Shown: piece after piece, positions 35,818 through 48,846 of the stretch | Layout: each line of letters opens with the position of its first letter | How positions within the stretch are numbered: the stretch's first letter is position 1 | NCBI GenBank assembly: GCA_000934665.2 | Contig: JYFJ02002468.1 | Location: 1 to 56,554 of the forward strand | Source: Catajapyx aquilonaris | Lineage: Eukaryota | DNA length: 56,554 bases | Direction: 5' to 3' | The notes under the pieces: model-generated | The model's input: the letters and a program-made list of their open reading frames with translations, nothing else | What the model was told of the DNA's origin: nothing | The model's database searches: none | Program-made: the position numbers and the translations under genes

Positions 35818-37778
35818 ATGTGTGTGTGTGTGTGTATCCACAAATTATGTGACTCAAAATGGATGCAAAAGTCGCACTGATTTGGGTTTTTAAAGCTTTT
35901 TTTTGGCCAATTTTCTATTGGGGGGGGGGGNNNNNNGGGGGGGGAGAGAGAGAGAGAGCGAGAGAGAAGAGAGAAAGAGAGAGAGAAGAGAGAAAGAAAT
36001 ATCTGAAATTACTTTCCATAGGAACCCGATGTAGTATAGGTTGAGAACTGCTGGGCTTGACCCAAAGGGATTCTTACATGTCATACAGAGCCACAAACCT
36101 TGTACTGTTCTCCCTTGCGAACATGCTCAAATTGGTCCCAGTGCATGGCTGAATGAAGGTCACAGTCACACTTCACACTTTTGTTACTTGATGTAATTAT
36201 GGAATGGCCCTACAGGCACTTCACAGTGAAATAATTTTGCATTGCATTGTATGAAAGCTTATCTGAAATTAACAAATTGCCTCAAATTGCTAAATGTATG
36301 CCTTCATACATGACCAAACTCAATGCTTGAGGATTGAAATTAGGTGGAAATCTCGAACCTTGGCCAACAGGTATGGGCGTGGGTAGGGTGAGAACTCTGG
36401 CCGAGGTATAAACCATTCCAGGATTCTGGCATCACTTGTGTACATGACATCTGGCCAAGGGTATAGATTTCTGCCTCCGACCAAAATATTTTTGGGTGGT
36501 TTCTGAACCAGCTGAGAGAAACATCAATTGATGAAGCTGAATAAAAAGTTCCCTGATTCAACATTTTACTGGGAAAATGTCAGTTGGGGACTGCAAGAGA
36601 CACAATAGTGTGTAATGATTAATACAACAATCTCAGTTGATGCCTGACTTCACTGTTGTTTTGATTCATCATCGTGTAGATAGAAGTCAAAAGTCTCCCA
36701 GCCTTGAGAGAACAAGCACATCGGCATGGCATCTCATCCACAGGGACAGCCCTCAGCCCCAGCCTATCCCGGATATCCTGGCTATCCAGGTCTCTTTTTT
36801 CAACTCTTTTTTGGTGTCAGCAAGCCAGGAGTATTCTAAATGGACTGAATGTGCCCCTTTATTGCTAACATTTTACACAGTGGATGAAAATTTTGTCACA
36901 TGATTGAAGTTAAAAGTGAAGAATAGGGATGATAATAATAACAATATTCTGCTTCACTTTTGACCTCAGATTATCTTCTTATGAGTTGGTCTATTCGTTG
37001 ATGGGGTGGTGTAGCCCTGGTGTAACACCAGTGTAAGCCCTTCATTAGTTTAAATTCCAGATCAGGGGGAGCAGAGGGCATGGCCTATCTTCACAACATT
37101 CATTTAATCCTATGTAATATCTGGTGCATGCTCTTATTGGAAAGTGAAAGGCCGGTGTAAGGCTTTATAACACTGCCTTACAATGTGATGCCACATGACA
37201 GTGACAACATTACACTGCCCCTTATGCTACACTGGCAGATGACCTAGTATTGTGAATGATTATCTGAAGATCTGTCCAAATTATCTTTTCATTCATCCTG
37301 AAATTAATAGTTCTTCCAGGCGTGACAGTCAGTGATGTCTACTATCTGTTTATTGAATATAGAGCCCTGTGTTTGACTCGGAACAACTTCCAGGCAAAAG
37401 GGCTCCGCCCTATCATGGGGTCGATTTTTTTTAAAAATAAATAAAACGTCCAGGAAAATAATCCAAAAAATTAATGTTATATATTGTTGGAAAGCCTTTT
37501 AAATCCATGTTAGATATGTGCGAGTTGTTTTCCTATCATCAGTGTAATTTTTTATCGCAAGAAGGTGGTGGAAAGGTGTCCTTTTTTGACCAGTTGTAGG
37601 AGGAGGAGAGAGAGAGAGAGAAATCAGAACGATCTGTAAGGGGTAGGCAATCTCCTCCATTGCCATTTTGGTCGTAAAGAGTGCCCTCACTCCTAATGGG
37701 CCAGGCGGACTGCTCCAAGCCCTAGGCATTGCCCGCTTAATACCTGAGCCGCCTTTTGTTGCACCTGGCGGATCACAT

Positions 37779-37987
37779 TGTCAGGGCCCTAGACCTGACC
37801 CCCTAGCTAGCTCGCAGGGTGTGGGAATAAGAGTCCGGTAGGAGGTTAAATCAGTGTATTGCTGGAGATACAGGAGAGAGTGTCTGGCAGGAAGCCCCCC
37901 CTGCTTTATATAGTGTACAACGTTCCCGCCACCAGGCGGCACTCCAATCAGTCAGGGGGATAAATGTCGGACCACGTGGACCCGACA
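37779..37987 (-). mobile_element. Solo LTR (209 bp)
   Basis: TGTC.GGG...CCCGACA termini, TATATAAA on the - strand, 4-bp TSD acat/acgt; absent from the paralogous host repeat at about 44165. Confidence 0.75.
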
Positions 37988-38132
37988 ACGTTACTTCCTT
38001 TTAAAGTGGACCTTTAAAAAAAAAAATATCAGACACTTAATTTTTTCATAATTCATCAGAGAGACTGGACAATCATACAGAATTATCTTGGATTTTTTAT
38101 AGGGATGGAAGCCACCTAAAAACACCCATGTA

Positions 38133-38134
38133 AT

Positions 38135-38181
<47 letters not shown>

Positions 38182-38454
38182 TCATACCCCGTTATCAGCC
38201 ATCGGCTCTTTAGGGGGGAAGTTTGTTTTGGCTGGAACTCTTTGCTTTCATTTACTGTGCTCTTTGGGATAGGATAGGGACGGAAGGAAGCAGCTGTGGC
38301 CTATTAATTACGGCAGCAACTCCGGAATTTTCCTGGAAGGACCGTGGGAAACCACAGAAAACCACGGTCAGAGTTGCCGGCCCTGGGATTCAAACCCAGA
38401 ACCTCCCGATTAGCAGTCGGACGCCTTATCCACTATGCCAACCTGCTTCGGTTG
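38133..38454 (-). mobile_element. tRNA-derived SINE, family A, with a long (TAA)n tail
   Basis: TSD aaaacacccatgta at 38119-38132 and 38455-38468. Confidence 0.9.
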
Positions 38455-38692
38455 AAAACACCCATGTAGATGTTGCAATATGGTGATGTCACCATCTTGT
38501 GCATAGTATGAGGCAGTTGATGCCCTCTCTCAATATTCAACATAGGTTGGTATGTCTCGCAATGCTCAGCCCCCTCTTGTGCATGAATTGAGAGCGAAAC
38601 CAATGATGCCAGATCCAGTGATGTTCACCTAGGGTGCTCTTTTTAAACCACCAGCCAAAGAGTGCATTATAGAGCGGGAGACAGAGGGTTAA

Positions 38693-39154
38693 GCATATTG
38701 CACACCTCTGCTATCTCGACCGTTTCTCATTCGAATTATTTCGCGATTGTATCAACGGCAAGCAGAAACATGCGTGATAAAATTACACCGTCCTCTTTTA
38801 AACTAAAAAATTTAAAAGTATTGTTTTATAGTAAATTTAATAGATCAAATACCCAGCCCACTTTCTGGCGGGAATAGACGGCGATCCTGCGGCTATCCGT
38901 AGTGGGGTAGGAAGGCCAAGAAGCCGTCTATTCCCGCCAGAAATGCCATAAAACCTCAAAATCAATCTATCAATTTCTGCCAGAAACCGAGCTGAGTACT
39001 TGGTCTATTAAACCAACTAAAACAATACTTTTAAAAATTGTAGTGTAATAGAGCATGGGGTAATTTTATCACGCAAGTTTCTGGCTTGCCGTCGATACAT
39101 TCACGAAGTAATTCAGACAAGAAATAGCCGAGATAGCAGAGGTGTGCAATATAC
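38693..39154. mobile_element. TTAA-flanked foldback MITE
   Basis: g.atattgcacacctctgctatctcg vs cgagatagcagaggtgtgcaatatac; inner hairpin ctggcgggaatagacggc/gccgtctattcccgccag. Confidence 0.8.
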
Positions 39155-40119
39155 TTAATTATAATTATCCAAATGTCGATTTTTGAGTTTTACATATATC
39201 ATTAGATAGACAAAGATTTGCACTATCCCGGGTTCACAGGGATTTTTTTGGACTTGGGAAGTGTCAGAAAAACATTCATTTTGTGGTGTAACGTCGGCAA
39301 CTGGTCAAAAGATGACACCTTTCCGCCTTCTTCTTGTGATAAAAAATTACACACTGATGATAGGAAAACAACTTTCACATATTATGTAGCGTGGATCTAA
39401 ACTAGCTTTCCAACAATATGTAACATTAATTTTTTGGATCATTTGCCTGGAAGTTGTTCCGAATCAAACACAGTGTACTATATTAAATAAACAGATAGTA
39501 GTACTTGTAGTTACACACTCCATAAGAAATGGAAGGTCTCATGTTGGTAGCCAAGTGGAACTACGTCATATAAAAGTGGCTAATATGTGACGTGTGTAAA
39601 TTAAAACTTTGTCCATTGAATTTTATAATATAGAAGCTGTTAAGCTGGTAGAATCAACATAACATATAACCTGCACATTGCAGCCTGACTAGGTTTTATA
39701 AAATGCACAGCTGGTGGCTATACAAGCATGCAGGTATACGGCAGGGTATGCAGGTACAGAATGTGGTTTTATCTGCAAAGAATACCTCAAGTGAAAACTA
39801 CAATAATTACTTCCAAGAAAGGGGAAAATGAGGGAAATAGAGCCGTCCACTCTCCCACATCAGTTAGCTGCCATTCATGAGGATTCTAATCTATCACTTC
39901 ACAACTTCTGACAAAAGGCAAACCTTCCTCTGAGCAAGGATTAATTTCAATTAATAAGCATGAGTTAACATTTGTACTTATACCCTGCCAATTGGTTTTC
40001 CCCTCCATATAAGGCATTATTGTAGACATTCAATAGTGGTTAAAATAAATGTATGTAGGCATAATACTGCACAGTGTGGGCAAACGCGTGAATGCTTGGA
40101 CAATGGCTCCCACTCCACG

Positions 40120-40456
40120 CGTATTTGTCACAATGGGATCATGACTTTCCTCTGATTTTTAAGACAAAAAGTAGCGAATTTCACTTTGAATGACACACCA
40201 AACGAAGGTCTAGATTCCCCAGTTGTAGATTCACCTTGTTTAAGTGCACATAATTGCACCTTTTGTCGGGGCAACATACTGCTACCCTGACAAATGTGAC
40301 CTGCTTTTAGAAAAATGCGGCATTATGTGGAATTGAAACGAAGTGAGTCTATAACTGGGGAGTTGAGTCTTTCCTTTAATGTGTGATTCGAAGTGAAATA
40401 TTGTGAAATCTGTTACTTTTTGTCTTTGAAATCACATGAATGACGTGACAAATACG
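40120..40456. repeat. Degenerate foldback / old MITE
   Basis: cgtatttgtcac...aagacaaaaagtag...ccccagtt vs aactgggg...tactttttgtctt...gtgacaaatacg. Confidence 0.6.
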
Positions 40457-41650
40457 AGTGATGGAGGCCTCAACAAAGGAGCGCGCGCCTGGCACTGATA
40501 TTTCAAGGTGACATTCAAATTGCTACATGAGAGTAAGTAGTACTTAGCCAGAGGTATTATATGCACAGATTAAAATCCAGATCAGCCTGAATTTGGAAAT
40601 GCGGTGACCTTTCTTCCATGACCATTCGAAGCCGACTGAATAGACACAAAAAGGTGGCAGGTGAACACTCGACTTCAGTACCTGGCTGATATAAAACCCA
40701 TCTCAATTGAACCTACCAAAGCGGTTTTTATTATTGTTCAGACATTACTTTCTTACACTAGGGCAGATTTGACACGACTCGACCAATTTGGTTTTTCCAT
40801 TTTTATTCAAGCAATTCCGCGTTTGGACACACTGCACTGGTTGGCCCAAGGTTGGCCAGCTACCTGGGGTATACCAACCCCCTGGTTGACCTTGTTTTAT
40901 ACCAGCATGTCACATTATGCAGGATAATACTGTGTGTTTTTTAAAATCTTCATAGAAACTTGAGTGAAAACAGATGGTGAACCATATGTTTCTGAAGTAA
41001 AGTGAGACATCTGTAAGTTACTGCATACTCAGAATAATGCATAATTATATTACAGTAGAGTATTGTGAGGTTGAAAATTTAGAGTGATTTTCAAATGTGT
41101 GTAAATTCTCATCCACATGTAGCACAAACTTGAACTAATGCACATTTCAGAACTCTCTGGAAAACTGCTTCTCTGTGTGCGTGAGGTGACACATTCAATA
41201 AGTCATTACTCTTGTGTAAGTCATGGAGGTGTATTGGACATTGTGCATAATTGCAATGTCAGAAATGTTGTGTGGAAAGTCCTGGCTATCTGCACCACTT
41301 TTTTCAATCCTGTTTGTTTTTTGGTAACATGTCATGTCCCTGCATATATGTCTGATTTGTTGTTGCATGTTGCTTTTAATGCTAACACATATGTAATGCA
41401 CCATGGCTCCTTGGTTCCAACCAGCCATTAGTATACTGACAAGGAGAATGTCTGATGTTTTGTTAAAAGGGTGTTGATGGTAAACAAGGTGTCAAGTGGC
41501 CACAATCAGCTTTCATAGCTCAGCAGCAGAGCATGGTGTTCATCTGCACATTTTGTAAGAAAAAGCCACTGCAAGATTCAGGTATGGGTTTGCCCTTGTT
41601 ATTAATTGTTGGCAACAATGAACCTAACAATAACAATAGCCAACCTGTAC

Positions 41651-41815
41651 ATACGGTTAAAGGATTTCCTTTATACCACATGAGGCGGAGAAATTAGCCT
41701 CCAACAGAGGTGCTGCCTCCCCCTGATGCAATGACTGGCACTCCCCTAGCTGGCGCCTCTGTTGGAGGCGAATTTCTCCACCTCATGTGGTAAGAAAATC
41801 CTTGAACCGACTATA
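41651..41815. mobile_element. Hairpin MITE of the same family as 5150-7320
   Basis: ccacatgaggcggagaaattagcctccaacagagg ... cctctgttggaggcgaatttctccacctcatgtgg. Confidence 0.8.
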
Positions 41816-42022
41816 CGGCCCCGAGCATAAAGTTTGAGACGCTACTCGCCATCTCTGACCTTCCTTTATCTGACTCAAATTAATGGACTATTTTTGGGCC
41901 GAGTTAGCTGCTTTAGGCGTGTGTTCGTGTATTTATAACTGTATATTTGATAACGTAATGGCGGGGACTGGTAAAGCTCCGTGCCGGAGGGGAGGGCCTG
42001 CTGTCTGCAACTCGGGACTGTA

Positions 42023-42354
42023 CAGTGCTGGACATAATAGCCGTCGCTGAATGTTTTTTTCCGGCGGCGGCGTTACCTGGCAACCCTGTCCGGCGGGCCA
42101 ATTCAAACATCAGCCCATGGAGACTGCTTCCATTGTTGCCACTGTTTACAAATCGAACGAGTGACGCGGACGACCCAGCGACGGGTCTCTTCAGCCTGCG
42201 CACTCACTCACTCGATTTGTAAACAGTGGCAACAATGGAAGCGCTCTCCATGTGCCGATGTTTGAATTGGCCCGCCGGACGGGGTTGCCAGGTAACGCTG
42301 CCGCCGTTTCCGCCGGAAAAAAACATTCAGCGACGGCTATTATGTCCAGCACTG
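42023..42354. mobile_element. Young GC-rich Tc1/mariner-type foldback MITE
   Basis: TA-CAGTGCTGGACATAATAGCCG...CGGCTATTATGTCCAGCACTG-TA; near-identical arms of about 130 bp with CpGs retained. Confidence 0.85.
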
Positions 42355-43849
42355 TACCTGAACCTTAATCTTGCTCTAGTGCAATGTGCTCCAGAAAGCC
42401 ACTAGGGCTGGAAAACCTGCGTTCAACTGTCAGTTGGGGCATTGCAGGGTCATCTAATTGCCAGGAAGTATGTTTATTGATATGACTGCATCACTTCCGT
42501 GGGTGATAATTTTAACAATGGCTGAAGTAGAAGTCGAGATGCCCATTGGGACGTTTGCCAATTTAGTCAGGGTGATGGTGGGAGCACATGCAACATCAGG
42601 AAGACAGCTGTTTATAGAATCTTGTGTTTATGCACTGAGGAAGTACCTGCCAAAGGTTAGCCTTGCCTTTCAGAAATGGGTTAACTTAAGTGATGATTGT
42701 GTGTATGTGTGCCCATTGAGAAATGACTGTCAAGATGCCATGCCTGTGACTTGTGTATGAATATTCTATGTCAAAACAGTCCAAATTTTTAAAATTGTTA
42801 TCAACCACAGAATTTTAGTGAAAAAATATCATAGTAATAAATCACGGGACTTGCCCTTGCTAAATGATTGCTAAATTCAAGATTTTAGATTCTTAGAAGA
42901 AAATTTGTCACAAATACAATATAACCAATAAAAATTACTGTTTTTACTAAAATGGTGTCAAGGAGCCTATTATATTGAGAAGGAGCTGAGTGTGAGAGAT
43001 ATATATATGTTGTCCACTTTTGGATACTTTAGGAATTTTTAAATGACGAGCCCACTCAGGAATGAAGGAACTTGAAGGTGTGCTCTGTTCATAATAATAC
43101 ACACAAAATTACGCTTTGACTAACAGGGTGCAATATTGCATCAAAAAGTGTGACCTCTTAAGATCATCCGCATGAAATAAATTTAAAGGGCTGCTTCAAT
43201 CAGGCCTGGAATTTTGTAAAGGACAAATTTTAAAAAAAACACAAAAAAAACAACTAAAGTATGGTATGGACCTCTGACTGTATTTATCTCGCCATGGCTG
43301 AAGTAATTTAACGTCTCATCAGTGACACAAGAATTGTTTGCCAGACATGATTTGTTTAGAAGGACAATTTTTACATGATTTTTTTAATAGCCCTATCATA
43401 GACTCGAACAAATTAGGGAAGAAATACTATTCATTCTCAGTGCAATAACTTACTGGGACCTACCACTGACCAGTTCAAATTTTGGATTCATTTGGTGTTC
43501 TGCGTTTATAACCTAAGGTAATTTTGAATGGTGGGTTCTTTGTAACGGACAGTAGATGATTTGAGGGGTGTGGTGGAAAAAGGTGATAACAAAGGTAATT
43601 TTTCAGGAGAGTGAATTGAAGCTTGCATTCTCTTCACAAATCATAGGGAATGTGGGTTTTGTTCTAGTCCGTGTATGATACGTGAACTTTGAGGATACCA
43701 AACTGTTTGTCATGTCTTTTACATAGTTGCTAGGTGTTTAGATCAAAAATTAGGGTTATCGCCATTTTTCACCACGACCCCTAATTTTATACTTGCTTGA
43801 CTGTATGTAAACCTTTGTCTCCCACTCGATTATGCACCCTTTGGGTGGG

Positions 43850-44320
43850 GGTTTAAAAATAGTACCCTAGGTGAAAATCACTGGCATTGGTTTCGCTCTT
43901 GATTCATGCACAAGATGGGGCTGAAGCATCCGAAACCTACCAACCTATGCTGCATTTTGATAGAGTGCATCAACCACCTCATATACTATGCACGAGAAGG
44001 TGACGTCATCCTATTGCGGCATCTACGCTGTTTTTGTAAGGCGGCTTCCACCCCTTGAAAAAATCCAAGATAATTCTATGTGATTGCCCACTCCCTCTGA
44101 TGAATTATGAAAACATTACATGTCTGTTTGAAAAAATTTAAAGGTCCAGTTTAAAAGGATGTAATGTAAGTCACCAAGCGCAAAAAAGATGGCTCAGGTG
44201 GCAAGCGGCCCCCGCCTCAAGCTCGGAGCAGTCCGCCCAGCCTATTAGGAGCGAGGCCATTTTCATGGCCGCAATGGCACCGGGGGAGTTTGCCTACCCT
44301 TCACAGATCTCTCTGATTTT
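43850..44320 (+). repeat. Interspersed repeat; inverted paralog at about 37620-38650
   Basis: ccctaggtgaa..cactgg...aaaaaatccaagataattct...gagcagtccgcc matches the reverse complement of 37620-38650 once the LTR and SINE are removed. Confidence 0.7.
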
Positions 44321-44695
44321 TTCCCTGGCGAGTAAGTCGCTGAATTTTGGGAATTTTTTAAATGGTTTTCAGCTGCACGTCCACTTACAGGGAAATATGC
44401 GGCAAGGAGCCACGTCTATTTAAATTCCTGGAGTAAGTGTTTGTTGAAAATGAACGAGACCTTTGGCCTATAATGTCATACCATTTACAATATCACGTGG
44501 GTTGTGTAAATACTCATGAACATATACTACAAACATTTCCTAGGGCTATGGTAAAGAAATTTCCATTGGGGTTATACCAGTGAATTTAAACAAAATTATT
44601 TTGTTACTTGCATTATAATGCAACCAACACGGCCGCGGGAGACAAAGGGTTAATATAATCTGAATGTGTCCCTAATGAATACACCGCTCTTCCAG

Positions 44696-45707
44696 ATCCT
44701 TTCTTAGCACAAGGCTATCCTGCAGGTGGTGGTGCACCTCCACCAGCAGGCTTTACCCAGCCTCCTCCATATCCAGGACCTGCTGCACCTTATCCAGCAC
44801 CTGGTGGATATCCACCTTCAGGAGGAGCCTACCCTGGCAACACAAGCTATCCTTCTGGTCCCTACCCACCAACTGACTTCAGTGCTGCTCGAGTAATTGG
44901 AGGGCCTGATCCACAAGCCATGTACGGTAGTGCATATGGAGATGAGCCCCTCACCGGGGAGGCTGCCACAAATTTTGCTGATTTCAATGAGAAAAGCATT
45001 CGCATGGGATTCATCAGGTTGGGCTAACAAATTTACATCTCAACATTGCAGATTGTAACCTCTCTTTGTTTTACAGGAAGGTGTACAGCATCCTGTCAGT
45101 GCAACTTCTCATCACATTTGGCTTCATCATGCTGTTTACCTTCGTAGAACCTGTCAGGAGATTTTCTTACCAAAATCCAGCCGTCTTTTACGTTGCAATT
45201 GCCCTGACCTTCGTGTGCATCATCACACTGGCTTGCTGCCCCAATGTGCGCCGAAAGACCCCAACCAACTTCATCGTCCTATTTATCTTTACACTGGCTG
45301 AGAGTTTCCTGCTGGGTGTGACTGCATCCAGGTATGGCTCAGATGTGGTGATGATGGCTGTTGGCGCTACTGTAGCAGTGTGCCTGGCACTCACCCTTTT
45401 TGCCATGCAAACCAAATGGGACTTCACGATGATGGGAGGTGCCCTACTGGTCTGCCTTGTGGTGTTTGTCATCTTTGGTATTGTGGCAGCCTTCTTCCCA
45501 GGCAAAACGCTGCGACTGGTGTACGCCTCTCTGGGGGCCATCCTCTTCTCTCTGTATCTCATCTATGACACTCAGCTCATGATGGGAGGAAAGCATAAGT
45601 ATTCCATCTCACCTGAGGAGTACATTTTTGCAGCTCTTAATCTCTACCTGGACATTGTAAACATCTTCATCTACCTCCTCACCATCATTGGCTCCAGTCG
45701 AGACTAA
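44696..45707 (+). CDS. GRINA: Protein lifeguard / TMBIM family (GRINA/Nmda1-like) multi-pass membrane protein; start-codon exon lies upstream and is not fixed
   Basis: Exon 44696-45017 encodes a Pro/Gly/Tyr-rich N-terminus ending EKSIRMGFIR. Exon 45077-45707 encodes KVYSILSVQL...FAMQTKWDFT...YDTQLMMGGKHKYSISPEEYIFAALNLYLDIVNIF-stop (Bax inhibitor-1 fold). A phase-compatible candidate first coding exon is 41533-41581 (MVFICTFCKKKPLQDS), unverified. Exact orthology within TMBIM1-3 is uncertain. Confidence 0.92.
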
Positions 45708-46324
45708 AAGGGTCACGACATCACTGTCCAAGGGTGGCATTATTAGTAGGTGTAGTCACTGATTCACTTGTCATAATGCCGACCATCCTTTCTTCTTCTC
45801 CTCCTATTGTATGAAGGGTGCTGATACAGGTTTAGCTGTGGCAATAACTAGCCGCTGAAAATTATTGTTGTAATCTGATGTCGAGGGACTGTCGTGACTG
45901 ATAAATTGTTTGAGGCATCACAATTGTGGTTGATGACACCTGTCATATATTTGGTCCAGTGTTTTAGTTTCGTGTCACCCAGAAAACTTGCACAAGGTGG
46001 CCTGTTTGTCACATTTTGGAAAGCTTTTGTTGCCATTTTGGACAGTGTGGTGTGTGTGCACCATTAGTACTGGGACTTACACATGTATGAAAAGTATTAA
46101 AAGGACATAGGAAGCTGTGTGATCAAGACTAGTGAGTGCAGATTACTGCGTCAGTCTTGCTTGTGCTCCCATTTATGTTATACATAATCCGTGATCCTAA
46201 TGGGCAACTCAGAAGTCCCCAAATCTAGTTTGATTGTTTCAGATTGCATGCATTTGTTTCTTGGCATACAAGGATTTATTCCACACTGTAATGAGTGCTG
46301 GCCTGACACTGATTCATTATAACA

Positions 46325-46550
46325 CAGTGCTTCCCAAACTGTGGGTCGTGACCCCAAATGGGGTCACGAACTTAATATTTTGGCGTCATGATGGAACAAT
46401 TCAGATACTAGATAATACTTATCCATGATTTTCATTTCACTGTTTATCTGTCTCTTCGTGATGGGGGGATCAAAATGTGTACATCTGGGGGTCACGAATT
46501 TTAAGAGAAGATTTTTTGGGGTTGCCAACAAAAAAGATTGGGAAGCACTG
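46325..46550. mobile_element. hAT-type MITE
   Basis: CAGTGCTTCCCAA...TTGGGAAGCACTG with 8-bp TSD ttataaca/ttctaaca. Confidence 0.85.
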
Positions 46551-46890
46551 TTCTAACATGTTGAAGGTCAAAGGGCGAGATCATGAGGTAGTTGCATGTA
46601 TTGTCCCACTTGAATTTTGACAATATATTATAATCCCACATGTTGATTAGTTTGAACTCTTACATATTTGTAAATCATGATGGTATTTTGCCCATGTACG
46701 TCAATAAAAGCTACACTATTGTAACACAGTTGTGCTCTGAGTCTTCGTGTCTTATTTCATTTCTGGGCAGTTTGGGGCATTCCTGGTACTTGTTTCAGAC
46801 CTGCTTTTCCTTTCTGTGCCATAAACACTAGACCACAAGGACCCCTTTTTCATAAGGTCTCAGAAAATCACTCCAAATGGGATGGCAGCG

Positions 46891-47840
46891 GCCCCAGCCA
46901 CCTAGAATCTAGGCGATGAGAACTCGACCGCCAGGTACCAGCTATACCTCCATTGCCTAGATTCTTTTCGCTTCCGTTCCACTTGCAAATAAGGACAAGA
47001 TATTTTACAAATAATAACAGCTATACTGTTACATTCATGCTCTACACACGGTCCCGGGTCTAATACCTACGGAAAAAATACCGGACGGGATAAAATACCG
47101 ACGGGAAAAAAGTGGAAAGGTATATGTTCTGTGTATATTTTCGGTAATAAAGCTGTCGGAAATTTATTCTGTCTGTATTATGTCTTTCGGTATTACGTAC
47201 CAGACCCTCTACGCAATGCATGTGTTGGAAATAATTTTACTCCCATTGAAGTCCTTAAATTAATTTCCAAAAAGATCTAGCTGTAAAAGATGAAAATCCA
47301 AGTACTACCAGCCAACTGTTAGGCTGATTTAATCATGGAGTATGTTAAAATATACGGAATAACAATCTTGAGAACCATGCCAGAAGACTTAGAAATCATT
47401 GTACTTTCTGAGAAATAAATTAATACTTTTCTGCGACTTACCTGTTACTTTGGATAACTCATTTACTTATTTCTCAAAACGTACGACGATTTCAGCAAAT
47501 TCATCGGGCATGCTTCTCAAGATTGTTATTCCGTAAATTTTCACGTATTTCATAATTAAATCAGCCTAACAGTTGGCCGGCAGTACTCGAATTTCGAGTT
47601 TTTACAGCGATATTTTTGGAAATTAATTTAGGGACTTCTATGGGAGGAAAATTGTTTCCAACACGTTCATAGTGTTTTCCATGATAGGGTAGGTATAGCT
47701 GTTGATATTTGTTAAATATCTTGTTCGTATCTTTCATGGCTGCACATGTGTAAGCAGAAAACTATGTGATGGCAGGTATAGCTGGTACTGCATGGTCGAG
47801 TTCTCATCGCCTAGATTCTAGGTGGCTGGGGGCAAAAGGG
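46891..47840. mobile_element. About 950-bp foldback element with a piggyBac-like right end and an insert at about 47045-47210
   Basis: ccccagccacctagaatctaggcgatgagaactcgacc vs its reverse complement at about 47794-47832; the arms continue inward to about 47420/47465; right end AAAAGGG-TTAA. Confidence 0.75.
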
Positions 47841-48846
47841 TTAAATGTAGGCATGAGTAGTAGGGGAGAGGAAAAGGTTGGGAATCTTGGTATAGAAGGG
47901 CCATTTCCAGGTCGGGGGACAAAATAAGCAGTGACTTGATGAGCCTGGTAGTGGGTATGCTGATTAGTAGATTGACCAATAGTGAATGATTGCATGATTT
48001 GCTGCTGATCAGTGGAATATATTTGAATCATACTTCCTGGTGTTGGTGTTAGCCAAGCTAATGTAATACTGTTTCTGCTGTTGAAGAGGCTTGGTCTCAA
48101 TTATTCACATTGATATCAGTGATCTCGAGAGTGATCTCGATGTAATCTTTTACAAAACAATTTCTATAAATTCTGTCTTTCAAAAACAGGTATACTGTTT
48201 GGCTGTAATAGATTTTAATAACATTTTTCTGACACAAATTCAGTAGCAATAATGGCATTTCTTGAACAGTGGTGCCAGATTTTGCCAGACTAGATTGGTC
48301 ATTCTCTCAAGAGTCTAGACTGTCGCCTTCCAAAAATATTTTAGAGGAGGCGAAACTAGTGTAAGTCACTAAATGCAAGGCCTGCACCATGGTCTGGATT
48401 GTTTGAAGAGTGCTCATAACATGCCCCACATGAACTGTTAAGCTTGTCGCACAACATACTATTCCTGATGGTGCAAAGCAGTGAAAGCACTATTTACTTG
48501 GGTTCACTCTTAAATAGTCCAAGTGGTGCAGCATGAAGCACCTAAACCATCAACAGGGCTGTTAACAGAGTGGTCTTAACATGTTTTGCTAGCCCTGGAA
48601 ATATATTGTTAGTCAGGAGAGAACCAAGATACATGGGAAGAGCTTTGATGCCATTGATGGCAAGAATGCTCAACACACATAATATACAAAATATGGTACA
48701 TTACTGGAAAAAACTACTTTAGAGGTACAGTACCAGAGCACCAAATTAATGCAGGTGTGAGTGGAAGTGCTTGCGGGATCAGGTTGCCAGGTTGATTCAT
48801 GCATGCTTCCACCCATGCCTGCGTTAGGAGAGCTGCTTGTACAGTA

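Larger units (their letters stand above)
37339..39501. mobile_element. Long-TIR element hosting nested insertions
   Basis: 37339-37596 is the inverted counterpart of about 39296-39501 (ctactatctgtttatt...ggaacaacttccaggcaaa). Confidence 0.7.

Noticed and set aside
35920..35996. Poly-G / (GA)n tract with Ns
   Set aside because: Contains an assembly gap (35931-35936), so the sequence is unreliable; simple repeat only.
45188..45562. 124-aa antisense ORF
   Set aside because: Shadow of the lifeguard coding exon.
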